A stretch of 42,780 bases of DNA from an uncultured Mailhella sp. (GCA_948482415.1 CAOMFZ010000001.1:1-42780), one strand, 5' to 3'. Shown: positions 9,936 to 20,089, numbered from the stretch's first letter. The notes: generated by a model not told the origin, from the sequence alone. A program made the numbers and translations.

Positions 9936-10835
9936 ATGAATTTGAAAAAACTTATTTTAGCAATAAGCGGTCTTGGCATTGTTTCCATGCTCTTTGTCTG
10001 CGTGAATTTTTATATTGAAAAAAATAAACCCGTGCAGACGGCAGGAATACAGCGTTCCAATAATGAAATAAAAACAGCTTTTCAGCCTGCATCGGAAAAA
10101 GAACAGACCCAAAAGAATACGCAAAATCAGGAAATGAATGCGCCAAGCCTCGGGGCTAATACCATGCTTTCTGAAAATATTCCTCCTGCCATGCTCAAAG
10201 CCATGCAGGAAAAAGGCATGAGTATCGAAGACTTGCAAAAATCTGCGCCGGCGGCTCAGCAAACTATGCCCGCCATGCCCAAGGGCAAGGCATTTCCTAA
10301 AGAAATGCTCGAAGCTATGGAAAAGCAAAAACAAGAACAGCAAAATCAGGAACAATCTGCCCAAATGGGTGTAACTCCTGCTGACCCTGTCGAAAAAGCC
10401 ATTGCTCATATCAAAGGGCACGGCGATGAAAAGCTCAACAAACACCTTGAACACACGCTTGCCGCGCTGCAGGAAAATCCCGCTGACGAAACAGCCCTTA
10501 CGTCCGTTACAGAAATATTTTTAGCCCACAATGAAATAAAAGGAGCAGAAATGCTCCTGCAAAAAGGCATTATTTCTGCTCCCAATAATGCCATACTTCC
10601 ATTCCTTTACGGGCAGGTGCTTGCGCAAAATTCCCAGTATGAACAAACTGCCGAACAATGGGAGCGCGCGCTGTCTTTGCAGGATTCCGCAGAACTGCAC
10701 TATTCACTGGGTATGCTCTACCGCTATCAGCTGGACAAGGAAGAGCTCGCAAAAGAACATTTCCAAAAAGCAGGCGCACTCCCGCAGCATGACGAAAGAC
10801 TTGCCGAACATTTGAAAATTGAATTAGAAAAATAA
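9936..10835 (+). CDS. membrane-anchored TPR protein, CcmI-like
   Basis: N-terminal TM, Gln/Met-rich linker, C-terminal TPR repeats (LYGQVLAQ...WERAL; LHYSLGMLY...AKEHF); follows ccmD. Confidence 0.75.
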   Translation: MNLKKLILAISGLGIVSMLFVCVNFYIEKNKPVQTAGIQRSNNEIKTAFQPASEKEQTQKNTQNQEMNAPSLGANTMLSENIPPAMLKAMQEKGMSIEDLQKSAPAAQQTMPAMPKGKAFPKEMLEAMEKQKQEQQNQEQSAQMGVTPADPVEKAIAHIKGHGDEKLNKHLEHTLAALQENPADETALTSVTEIFLAHNEIKGAEMLLQKGIISAPNNAILPFLYGQVLAQNSQYEQTAEQWERALSLQDSAELHYSLGMLYRYQLDKEELAKEHFQKAGALPQHDERLAEHLKIELEK

Positions 10836-10853
10836 AACAAAAACGGTGCAGGC

Positions 10854-12341
10854 ATGCAATTAAAAAACATATTCTTCATTTTAGGTTTACTGACCATATG
10901 TCTTGCACTTTTTTTGCTTTTTCCAAGCATTGTTTCATTCATTTACAACGAAGATAAAACGCTCAGCCTTTTTATTAAATGCTTTTTTGCCACTCTTTCC
11001 GGCGGAATTATTCTTGCTCTTGTCAGTAAACCGCAGAATGGTGAAAAAATTCAGCTCACCACCCGCGACGGCGTTGCCATTGTAGGGCTCTGCTGGATTT
11101 TTGCTTCCTTTATCTGTGCTCTGCCCTATTATTATATTACCGAAATTTCCTTTGCCAAAAGTCTTTTTGAATCAGCCTCCGGGCTAAGTACCACGGGCGG
11201 AAGCATATTCCCTGATGTGGAAATTTTGCCAAAGGGAATTTTATTTTGGCGAAGCTTTACCCAATGGATTGGCGGAATGGGAATTATTGTCTTTTCTCTT
11301 GCCCTGCTGCCCATTATCGGCGCAGGCGGCATGCAGCTGTATAAGGCAGAAACTCCGGGAGTCAACAAAGATAAAGTTGCCCCTAAAATGATTGATACTG
11401 CCCGTTCCTTATGGACTATTTATTTGGTTCTCACCCTTACCCTGATTGGAATTTTATATTTGCAGGGTCTTTCCTTTTTTGACGCTTTGACCCATTCCCT
11501 GTCCACGCTTTCAACTGGCGGTTTTTCTACAAAAAATGAATCTGTTGCCGCCTTTGGTCCTGTTACGCAATGGACAATGGTATTTTTTATGTATTTGGGA
11601 AGTGTCAACTTTACCCTGCATTTTCTCTTTTTGCATGACGGTATCAAAGCCTATTTCAGAAACGAAGAATGGCTTTGCTATACCTTATATCTCTTTGTCG
11701 GCATATTCCTCATTGCTGTTTGTCTTTATTTTACGGATACCCACGCCCAGTATCTCCTGCATCATGAAAAAAGTATTTATACCATGGAACGGGCGCTGCG
11801 CGACGCAGCCTTTCAGCTGGTCAGCCTGATGACTTCCAGTGGTTTTGTCACTGCCGATTATATGCAATGGCCTCTTTTTACGCACCTTATTATCCTTGTA
11901 TCCATTATTTGCGGAGGCTGTGCAGCGTCCACTTCCGGCGGTATGAAATTTATGCGCGTCATGATTATTTTTAAGCTCATTAAAAACGAACTCAATCGCC
12001 TGAGCCACCCCCGTGCCATTGAACGCGTAAAAATAAACGGCAATTCCCTTGATGATGCGGCGATAAAAAGTGTGCTTACTTTTTTTGCTCTCTATATCAT
12101 AAGCATTGCCCTTGGCACGTTCTTTTTGACGACGCCGTTTCTTGATTTAGAAACAAGCTTTTCAGCTACCATCAGCTGTATTTCCAATATCGGTCCTGCT
12201 CTCGGCATGCTTGGCCCCACCAATAATTTCAGCATTTTCAATGACTTTGATTTAACTGTGCTTTCCTTTCTCATGATTTACGGACGTCTGGAAATTTTTA
12301 CCATTTTGCTGCTCTTTATGCCAAAATTCTGGCGATATTAA
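10854..12341 (+). CDS. trkH: TrkH family potassium uptake membrane protein
   Basis: FESASGLSTTG, QWIGGMGII, STGGFS, STSGGMK, ISNIGPALG, GRLEI. Confidence 0.95.
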   Translation: MQLKNIFFILGLLTICLALFLLFPSIVSFIYNEDKTLSLFIKCFFATLSGGIILALVSKPQNGEKIQLTTRDGVAIVGLCWIFASFICALPYYYITEISFAKSLFESASGLSTTGGSIFPDVEILPKGILFWRSFTQWIGGMGIIVFSLALLPIIGAGGMQLYKAETPGVNKDKVAPKMIDTARSLWTIYLVLTLTLIGILYLQGLSFFDALTHSLSTLSTGGFSTKNESVAAFGPVTQWTMVFFMYLGSVNFTLHFLFLHDGIKAYFRNEEWLCYTLYLFVGIFLIAVCLYFTDTHAQYLLHHEKSIYTMERALRDAAFQLVSLMTSSGFVTADYMQWPLFTHLIILVSIICGGCAASTSGGMKFMRVMIIFKLIKNELNRLSHPRAIERVKINGNSLDDAAIKSVLTFFALYIISIALGTFFLTTPFLDLETSFSATISCISNIGPALGMLGPTNNFSIFNDFDLTVLSFLMIYGRLEIFTILLLFMPKFWRY

Positions 12342-12397
12342 ATTATATTGCACCATTTATGAAAACAGGATATTAATAAAAAAAATAAGGAGTTCCT

Positions 12398-12937
12398 ATG
12401 AAAAAATTTCTTTTATTTGCCAGTTTCCTTTTGCTTACTGCGTGTTTTGATATGAATACTTCCGGCAGCAGCACCCCCGCAGCCAGCACAACGGTAAGCA
12501 ATGTTTATACAAGTCAATTCCCGGAAGTGCCTATTCCCATGCTCATGGAACCGGATCCGAAAAACAGCCTGACAACGGTTAATTCCACAGGCGAAAAACT
12601 TGGCCGTGAAAACTTTAAAGGCAATATGGAAGCAAGTAATCTGGCTGCTCACATGGTACAAAATCTCACCTCTCAAAGCTGGTCTTTAATCGGCTCCGTA
12701 CAAGGTGAAAAAACTTTGCAGCTTTATCAAAAAGATTCAAGATATTTAGTTATTTTTATTGAAGCAGGAACCTTCAATACCACTATGCAGGTTTGGGTTG
12801 TCAACCATCTCAATAATTTTTCCCTGCCTGCCCAGGGCAATGACCCCTTTAATTTCGGTGATACCCCGGCTTTCCAATCCGCTCCAATCAATGATAATTT
12901 CAACGATTTTGGCGCAAATTCCGTTTTTTCCGAATAA
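12398..12937 (+). CDS. putative lipoprotein
   Basis: MKK + hydrophobic core + LTAC lipobox; AAGGAG RBS. Confidence 0.75.
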   Translation: MKKFLLFASFLLLTACFDMNTSGSSTPAASTTVSNVYTSQFPEVPIPMLMEPDPKNSLTTVNSTGEKLGRENFKGNMEASNLAAHMVQNLTSQSWSLIGSVQGEKTLQLYQKDSRYLVIFIEAGTFNTTMQVWVVNHLNNFSLPAQGNDPFNFGDTPAFQSAPINDNFNDFGANSVFSE

Positions 12938-12946
12938 GAGATACCT

Positions 12947-14197
12947 ATGTCCGAATTACTGCATTATAAAAAACTCGCCCAAAAACATATTCATTTAGGA
13001 GTATGCGGCTCTGTTGCTGCCTATAAAAGCCTTGAGCTCATGCGGGCATTTTTAAAATGCAGTATTCATGTCAGCGTGACCCTGACTCCGTCCGCTGAAA
13101 AATTTATCCAAGCCTTGAGTTTTGAAGCCCTTGGCGCAAATAAAGTTTACAGACAGCTTTTTCAGGGAGAAATGCCCTTTGACCATTTAGAACCGGGTCA
13201 GCTTGCTGATGCCATGGTAATTGCTCCGGTGAGTGCAACAACCATTGCAAGGCTTGCACACGGGCTTGGCGATGAAATGCTTGCCTGCCAGACACTTGCC
13301 TTTGACGGACCTGTTCTGCTTGCACCTGCCATGAACCCAAAAATGTGGGCAAATCCAGCCACCAGCGCCAATGTTGAAACCTTGCTGGAACGGGGCTTTT
13401 TCATGACTGAACCGGAAAATGGCATTGTTGCCTGCAAAGAGGAAGGACAGGGCAGACTGGCACGGCTTGAAAAAATTTATTATGACACGCTTGCCTTGCT
13501 CACAGAACAGGATTTATACGGTAAAAAAATCCTCATCACGCTGGGACCTACAGCTGAAAAATGGGACGCTGTGCGCATTTGGACAAATAATTCCACCGGA
13601 AGCATGGGAACCGCCCTTGCCATTACAGCTTGGCTGAGAGGTGCAGAAGTTTATGTTGTGGCTGGTCCAAACAGCCAGTATTTGCCTGAAGATATGCGCA
13701 TGCATGTTTTTCCTGTAACCAGTGCTGATGACATGTATGAAAAATGCCATGAATTATGGCTTGCCATGGATTACGGCATTTTTACCGCGGCTGTGGCAGA
13801 CTTCAAACCTGAAGCAGGCATAACCGAAGAAGATGACTCAAGCTTTTTCCAATCCAAAAAATTTAAAAAAGAAAATCACAGCAATGGTTTTGACATCCAT
13901 TTCAGTCCTAATCGGGATATTTTAAAAAGTATCGGACAAATCAAAAACCCACAGCAAAAACTCATGGGCTTTAGTGCTGAATCAGGTACAGAAATTGATG
14001 AACTGGCTAACGCTGTGCGCCAAAAACTGAACAGTAAAAACTGCGATATTATTGTGGGCAATTTCCTTTCTGAAGCCATGGGCAAAGCGACTAATAAAGT
14101 GTATGTTGCGGACAAAAACGGCATTGAAGAAGCATGGGGAACCATGTCCAAAGCTGACTTAGCATGGGATTTATTATCCTACTTAGATAGTATTTAA
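12947..14197 (+). CDS. coaBC: bifunctional phosphopantothenoylcysteine decarboxylase / phosphopantothenate-cysteine ligase
   Basis: GVCGSVAAYK, PAMNPKMW, ACKEEGQGRL, TLGPTAE..DAVR, AAVADF, GFSAE. Confidence 0.96.
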   Translation: MSELLHYKKLAQKHIHLGVCGSVAAYKSLELMRAFLKCSIHVSVTLTPSAEKFIQALSFEALGANKVYRQLFQGEMPFDHLEPGQLADAMVIAPVSATTIARLAHGLGDEMLACQTLAFDGPVLLAPAMNPKMWANPATSANVETLLERGFFMTEPENGIVACKEEGQGRLARLEKIYYDTLALLTEQDLYGKKILITLGPTAEKWDAVRIWTNNSTGSMGTALAITAWLRGAEVYVVAGPNSQYLPEDMRMHVFPVTSADDMYEKCHELWLAMDYGIFTAAVADFKPEAGITEEDDSSFFQSKKFKKENHSNGFDIHFSPNRDILKSIGQIKNPQQKLMGFSAESGTEIDELANAVRQKLNSKNCDIIVGNFLSEAMGKATNKVYVADKNGIEEAWGTMSKADLAWDLLSYLDSI

Positions 14198-14198
14198 T

Positions 14199-15068
14199 AT
14201 GCAAAATCCCTACCTTATCCAAAATCTCCAGTCTCAGGGACTGCATTATCTTCTTGTAAATTCAGAAGAAGAAAAAAAAGCCTTGAGTTCCGCGCCTAAA
14301 AAAAATCCTAATCCTAAAACTTTTGCTTCCCTTTCAAATTCAGTAAATTCAACAAATTCAAGTCCAAAGATTTCACAGCAGAATACGGCTGCATTATCGC
14401 AGACAATCCAAAGTCCTGCCGAACAATTTAAAACAAATACCGAGCAAAAACCAAATCCTCATAAAGCGAAATTCTCTCTGCTTCAGGCAAAACAAGAAAA
14501 AAAAGTCAAAAAAGAACAAGAACAATCTCTCAGCGCCTTTGATAAAAATCCGCTCAAACAGCCTATTTTACCCTATAACAGGTGGAGTGAAAGCTGGAAA
14601 CAAATCCAAAGACACTGTAAATTTTCTTCTGAAAAGCCAACGCATTTGTCACGGCAAATTATCTGGACTTATGCCGGTTTGGAATATGATTTATTTACCG
14701 ATAATCCCAGTGCAGAACGCAGACAGCTTATCAGCCAAATCATTAAAACGCTTGCCCTGCCAAAGGGCACACACATTTTCCTGCCTTACCGCCTGATAAA
14801 TTCCAATGGCGAGTCTGAAATTGCCAAAGAACAGGAATATTCTTTTTTCTGGTCTGCCATTGATTTAATCCGTCCTCGGGTTTTAGTTGTTTTTGGCGAA
14901 CAAACCATTTCCGAACTGGATTTGCCCCCTCTTCTTCCTACACAAAAACATATGCTTATGCCTGTCACTATCTATGCCCTTGACAATATTATGCTTTATA
15001 CAGAAAACGAAAGTGAAAACACCATTATGATGAATTTCCTTTCTGCCAACCTCAAAATTTTTGCCTGA
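14199..15068 (+). CDS. hypothetical protein with a low-complexity N-terminal linker and an alpha/beta C-terminal domain (weakly UDG-fold-like)
   Basis: 289-aa ORF starting 1 nt after the coaBC stop; IRPRVLVVFG segment. Confidence 0.65.
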   Translation: MQNPYLIQNLQSQGLHYLLVNSEEEKKALSSAPKKNPNPKTFASLSNSVNSTNSSPKISQQNTAALSQTIQSPAEQFKTNTEQKPNPHKAKFSLLQAKQEKKVKKEQEQSLSAFDKNPLKQPILPYNRWSESWKQIQRHCKFSSEKPTHLSRQIIWTYAGLEYDLFTDNPSAERRQLISQIIKTLALPKGTHIFLPYRLINSNGESEIAKEQEYSFFWSAIDLIRPRVLVVFGEQTISELDLPPLLPTQKHMLMPVTIYALDNIMLYTENESENTIMMNFLSANLKIFA

Positions 15069-15198
15069 TTATATTACCCGCATGTATTTTTTGTCTACTG
15101 TCTCATACTAGACAGAACAAGAAAAATAGGCTATAAATAAAACAAAGCATTTCAGCGGGAAATGCCATTTTTATCAACAATAACAAAGGAGTTTTATT

Positions 15199-16035
15199 TT
15201 GGACGGTGATTCGCAGCGTTCTATGTGGGATAAGATTACCCATTTCTTTGGTAAATCTGACGATAATTTAGAACAAGCTATTATGGATGCGCGTGAAGAG
15301 GGCGATGTTGAAGCTGAAGAAAGCAATATGCTTTTATCTGTTTTGGAGCTCAGTGAAAAACAAGTTCAGGAAATTATGACCCCACGCACAGATATTACCT
15401 GTCTGACCTATGACGCCACAATTAAAGAAGCAGCAGAATGTATTCTGGAAAACGGGCACTCACGGATTCCCGTTTACAAAGATACAAAAGATAATATTAT
15501 CGGCATCATATACGCAAAAGATTTGCTCACCTATATTGTTGGTGATAAGCACGATTTTTCCGAACCTGTGGAAAAAATTGCACGTCCGCCTTTTTTCATT
15601 CCGGAAACCAAAAGTTCTGCGGAACTGTTACAGGAATTTCGTGCACGGAAAAACCATATTGCCATTGTTGTTGACGAATACGGCGGAACAAGCGGACTGA
15701 TTACCATTGAAGACCTTTTGGAAATTATTGTGGGTGATATTGAAGATGAATTTGATGCACCAAAAGAAGAAGATGTCCAAAAAATCAATGATAATGAATA
15801 CTTGCTCCATGGTCGTACCATGCTTGATGATTTGAATGACATTGAAATAGAAATAGAATCCGATGAAGTGGATACTATCGGCGGTTATTTGAGTTTGCAG
15901 GCAGGGCATGTTCCGGTAGTCAACGAAACCTTTACTGTCGGTGACTGGCAATTTACGGTTATTGAAGCAGATACAAAACAAATCCACAAAATTTCTGCAA
16001 AAAAACTCTCATCTGATACTGCGGAACATGAATAA
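15199..16035 (+). CDS. corC: CorC/HlyC family CBS-domain Mg2+/Co2+ transport-associated protein
   Basis: IMTPRTDI, GHSRIPVY, IVVDEYGGTSGLITIEDLLE, DTIGG. TTG start with AAGGAG RBS; possible TAGACA-17-TATAAA promoter at 15109-15137. Confidence 0.88.
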   Translation: MDGDSQRSMWDKITHFFGKSDDNLEQAIMDAREEGDVEAEESNMLLSVLELSEKQVQEIMTPRTDITCLTYDATIKEAAECILENGHSRIPVYKDTKDNIIGIIYAKDLLTYIVGDKHDFSEPVEKIARPPFFIPETKSSAELLQEFRARKNHIAIVVDEYGGTSGLITIEDLLEIIVGDIEDEFDAPKEEDVQKINDNEYLLHGRTMLDDLNDIEIEIESDEVDTIGGYLSLQAGHVPVVNETFTVGDWQFTVIEADTKQIHKISAKKLSSDTAEHE

Positions 16036-16807
16036 TCATATATTACTTGCGGACATTGGCAATACCACCATGAAACTTGGTATTGCCGATGAACGCAATA
16101 TTACTTTTTCCATAAGCCTGCCTACAAAATCCCTGTACACAGCGGATAGTCTGGGGCTGACGCTTATCCAGTTTCTCAGCTTTCATCACATTGAACCTAT
16201 TGATAATATTGCACTGTGTTCTGTTGTGCCGGAACTTGCCAAAATTTTTTCTGAAGCATGCAAAAAATATTTATCTGTTAGCCCCAAGACTTTTCCCGTT
16301 GATTTTCCCATTCCTCTCAATAATCACTATGCCAATCCTCAGGAAGTGGGCGCGGACAGGCTCATGGGGGCATACGCTTCCCGCATGCTCTATCCTGACG
16401 CAAAAAGCATTATCTGCATTGATTACGGTACTGCCACAACCTTTGACTGCATCGTGGATATGAATTATATCGGCGGGCTGATTTGCCCCGGACTGTATTC
16501 TTCCCTGAACGCTCTTGCAGGGGGTACGGCAAAACTTCCGCACATCAGTTTGAATTTTGATAAAGATGTTCCGCTTATCGGCAAAAACACAGTCACAAGC
16601 ATGAACCACGGCTTTATTTTCAGCTTCGCGGCTATGACTGACGGACTATGCGAAAAACTTGCCGGGCAGCTGCCTCACCCGCTGCAGATTATTGCAACAG
16701 GCGGCTATGCCGGAGAAATTTCAAAATTAAGCAGTAAAATCAATGTGATACAACAAGATTTAATTTTAGAGGGATTACGCCTTGCGTCTTGCTCTCTTTT
16801 GGCTTAA
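16028..16807 (+). CDS. coaX: type III pantothenate kinase
   Basis: DIGNT, VGADR, DYGTATTFD, GGLICPG, ATGG. Start at ATG 16028 overlapping the corC end. Confidence 0.95.
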   Translation: MNNHILLADIGNTTMKLGIADERNITFSISLPTKSLYTADSLGLTLIQFLSFHHIEPIDNIALCSVVPELAKIFSEACKKYLSVSPKTFPVDFPIPLNNHYANPQEVGADRLMGAYASRMLYPDAKSIICIDYGTATTFDCIVDMNYIGGLICPGLYSSLNALAGGTAKLPHISLNFDKDVPLIGKNTVTSMNHGFIFSFAAMTDGLCEKLAGQLPHPLQIIATGGYAGEISKLSSKINVIQQDLILEGLRLASCSLLA

Positions 16808-16810
16808 ACT
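16782..16810 (+). promoter_or_regulatory. putative internal sigma70 promoter for eno
   Basis: TTGCGT-17 nt-TAAACT, 36 nt before the eno ATG. Confidence 0.45.
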
Positions 16811-16822
16811 ATATTCCATTAA

Positions 16823-18160
<1,338 letters not shown>

Positions 18161-18167
18161 TTATAGT

Positions 18168-18196
18168 GGAGGCTGCCCGCTGGCAGCCTTCTTTTT
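18168..18196 (+). terminator. Rho-independent terminator after eno
   Basis: GGAGGCTGCC-CGCT-GGCAGCCTTC followed by TTTTT. Confidence 0.8.
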
Positions 18197-18205
18197 AGGA
18201 ATAGT

Positions 18206-18853
18206 ATGAAAAAATTTCTTTTGACGCTTCTTTTTTCTTTATGTCTTTCTTTCCCTGCCTTTGCAAATGTTTCCCTCTTGCATGATGTGGAACAAAGCTA
18301 TCAAAATATGAAAAATTTTAAGGCAGAATTTAATCAGGAACTTTTTCACCGTGAAAGCAACACCACTCAAAAACGGACAGGCTCCATTGAATTTATGCCC
18401 CAAACGTTTATTTTCTGGGAAACCAATGCCCCTGACAAAGAACTTATTGTCTGCAATGAAAAAGAAGTATGGAATTATTTGCCTGATGAGGAATTGGCGT
18501 ATCGCTATTCTCCCAAAGTTCTGGAAACTTCTCATGCAATTTTGAATGTCATTACGGGACAAGCCAAGCTGGAAGATAATTTTGAAATGGAATTTATTTC
18601 CGAAGACAAAACAAAAAATACCGCCGAATTTATCCTTTACCCCATAGAAGCAAATCCGCAAATGGTGGAAGTGACCCTTACCATTAATACAAAGGATAAA
18701 CACATTCAAAAAATTGTTGTTCTGGACTTTTTCGGCAATCTCAACACCATAGAATTTACAAAATTTTACGAAAATATTAAGCTCACGAAAAGCCATTTTT
18801 CCATACAGCTGCCTAAAGATGTAGAAATCGAAGACCATTTTAATGATAAATAA
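18206..18853 (+). CDS. lolA: outer-membrane lipoprotein carrier protein
   Basis: signal peptide (AFA), FKAEFNQ, FWET..P, VWNYLP, DFFGNLNTIEF. Confidence 0.88.
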   Translation: MKKFLLTLLFSLCLSFPAFANVSLLHDVEQSYQNMKNFKAEFNQELFHRESNTTQKRTGSIEFMPQTFIFWETNAPDKELIVCNEKEVWNYLPDEELAYRYSPKVLETSHAILNVITGQAKLEDNFEMEFISEDKTKNTAEFILYPIEANPQMVEVTLTINTKDKHIQKIVVLDFFGNLNTIEFTKFYENIKLTKSHFSIQLPKDVEIEDHFNDK

Positions 18854-18862
18854 AATTTGATA

Positions 18863-19078
18863 CTAGAGCATTTCCGGTAAATCTTGCGACTTTTTTATGC
18901 AGGGGAAAAACTTTAGCTCTGCTGTCTATTTCTGTAAGGCTCATTCTTCGCCTAACAGAAACGACTACGCCGCCATTCCGGTAGCTGAAAAAGTTTCTTC
19001 CCCTGCACCCCTTTACAAAACTTTTTAATATAAAAGTGCATCTAAGTGAAAGAACAAGATTTATTAGAGATGCTCCAG
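18863..19078 (+). mobile_element. 216-bp MITE-like palindromic repeat element, copy 1
   Basis: Imperfect 24-bp terminal inverted repeats CTAGAGCATTTCCGGTAAATCTTG / CAAGATTTATTAGAGATGCTCCAG (19/24). Inner stem TGCAGGGGAAAAACTTT / AAAGTTTCTTCCCCTGCA. Aligns to the reverse complement of 42560-42735. Confidence 0.8.
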
Positions 19079-19085
19079 ACGATAT

Positions 19086-19113
19086 AAAAAAAGGGCTTTT
19101 CGCCCTTTTTTTT
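19086..19113. terminator. bidirectional Rho-independent terminator
   Basis: A7-GGGC-TTTTC-GCCC-T8 between convergent genes. Confidence 0.85.
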
Positions 19114-19141
19114 AATATTTATGTACCATAACTTCTGAAAC
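19112..19141 (-). repeat. 30-bp direct repeat, distal copy of the last 9 codons + stop of the 19440-19874 gene
   Basis: TTAATATTTATGTACCATAACTTCTGAAAC vs TTAGTATTTATGTACCATAACTTCTGAAAC at 19440-19469 (29/30; the mismatch is synonymous, TAT/TAC). Confidence 0.95.
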
Positions 19142-19439
19142 AACCTTAAGATGACGCTCAGTCAAGCGATCTCTGCTGTCTATTTGCGTAACTGGTTCGC
19201 TTTGCTCACCAAACGCAAACGGCTTTGCCGCCTTCGGTAGCTCCTGCTTGACACTCGCTCCTTTTACATTCTGTTAGATAACTCGAAGAGTTATAAATCT
19301 TACAGAATGTTAAAGGTTCTCGTACCCAGCGTGGTTGCAAAATGAAATTTTAGCAACCTAAGTCGGGTGCTCGCTCACGAAAAGCGTGGTTTTCGTTTCG
19401 CTCGCTCTACGAGGTTCGCACATCCTGTGCTAATAATTT
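19142..19439. mobile_element. 298-bp non-coding multi-hairpin insert between 30-bp direct repeats
   Basis: Stems GTCAAGC/GCTTGAC, ACATTCTGT/ACAGAATGT, TAACTC-GAA-GAGTTA, CTCGTA/TACGAG, GGTTGC/GCAACC, ACGAAAA/TTTTCGT, GCACA-TCC-TGTGC. Carries the core shared with the two MITE-like elements. Confidence 0.7.
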
Positions 19440-19874
19440 TTAGTATTTATGTACCATAACTTCTGAAACTTCCCTGACCACTTTCAGCGGTAATTTCTCA
19501 TAGTACCATTGATATGCCAAACAATTTTTATCTGTTGTCCGCTTTTCAAAATCTTTCAATAAACTGATTTCATCTTCCTGCAAACTTTCAAGTCCTAAAC
19601 GCAGCTGCTTTTCACGAAATAACATGACCACATCTTCATACAAAGCAATGCAGTCATCAGCCGCAATACTGTCAAAAGGCACAGCCAAAAAGTCTTTGAG
19701 ATGATTTTTGAAGTGATTATCACAGGATTGACATTCTTTCCCGATATATTTCTCAAAGAAATCAGCTTCTTCCGCTAAAATGGAAATGGCTTTTGCTAAA
19801 ATTGTATATTCCGGCATTGGCACCAAACATTCTTTGCATTTCTTCATTGAATCAATATATTTTTTTGTATACAT
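19440..19874 (-). CDS. hypothetical protein with two CxxC motifs (144 aa)
   Basis: ATG at 19874 after a GAGGGAG RBS; CKEC and CQSC motifs. Confidence 0.75.
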   Translation of the reverse strand: MYTKKYIDSMKKCKECLVPMPEYTILAKAISILAEEADFFEKYIGKECQSCDNHFKNHLKDFLAVPFDSIAADDCIALYEDVVMLFREKQLRLGLESLQEDEISLLKDFEKRTTDKNCLAYQWYYEKLPLKVVREVSEVMVHKY

Positions 19875-20089
19875 AAACAAACTCCCTCTGAGCACTTTCT
19901 GTTTTAATATAGTATTTCATGTAAAAAAGCTAGTTTTTTATCAATAAATTAATTATTTTTTATTCTATTGCACCTCATTTGCAAAGGATTACTGATAACT
20001 ATTGTATATATAAAAAGATAACGATAACAAATTAGAAATAAATGCTTAGTCAACGGAAAAAATCAAAAGAAATCAATTCATTTATATTC

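Noticed and set aside
9791..10018. 75-aa + ORF and 67-aa - ORF spanning the ccmC-TPR gap
   Set aside because: The 9787-9924 frame has the RBS, the CcmD-like profile and no overlaps, so it explains the gap better.
19112..19469. 30-bp direct repeats as a CRISPR array
   Set aside because: There are only two copies, a 298-bp gap and no cas genes, and the repeat is a coding 3' end.
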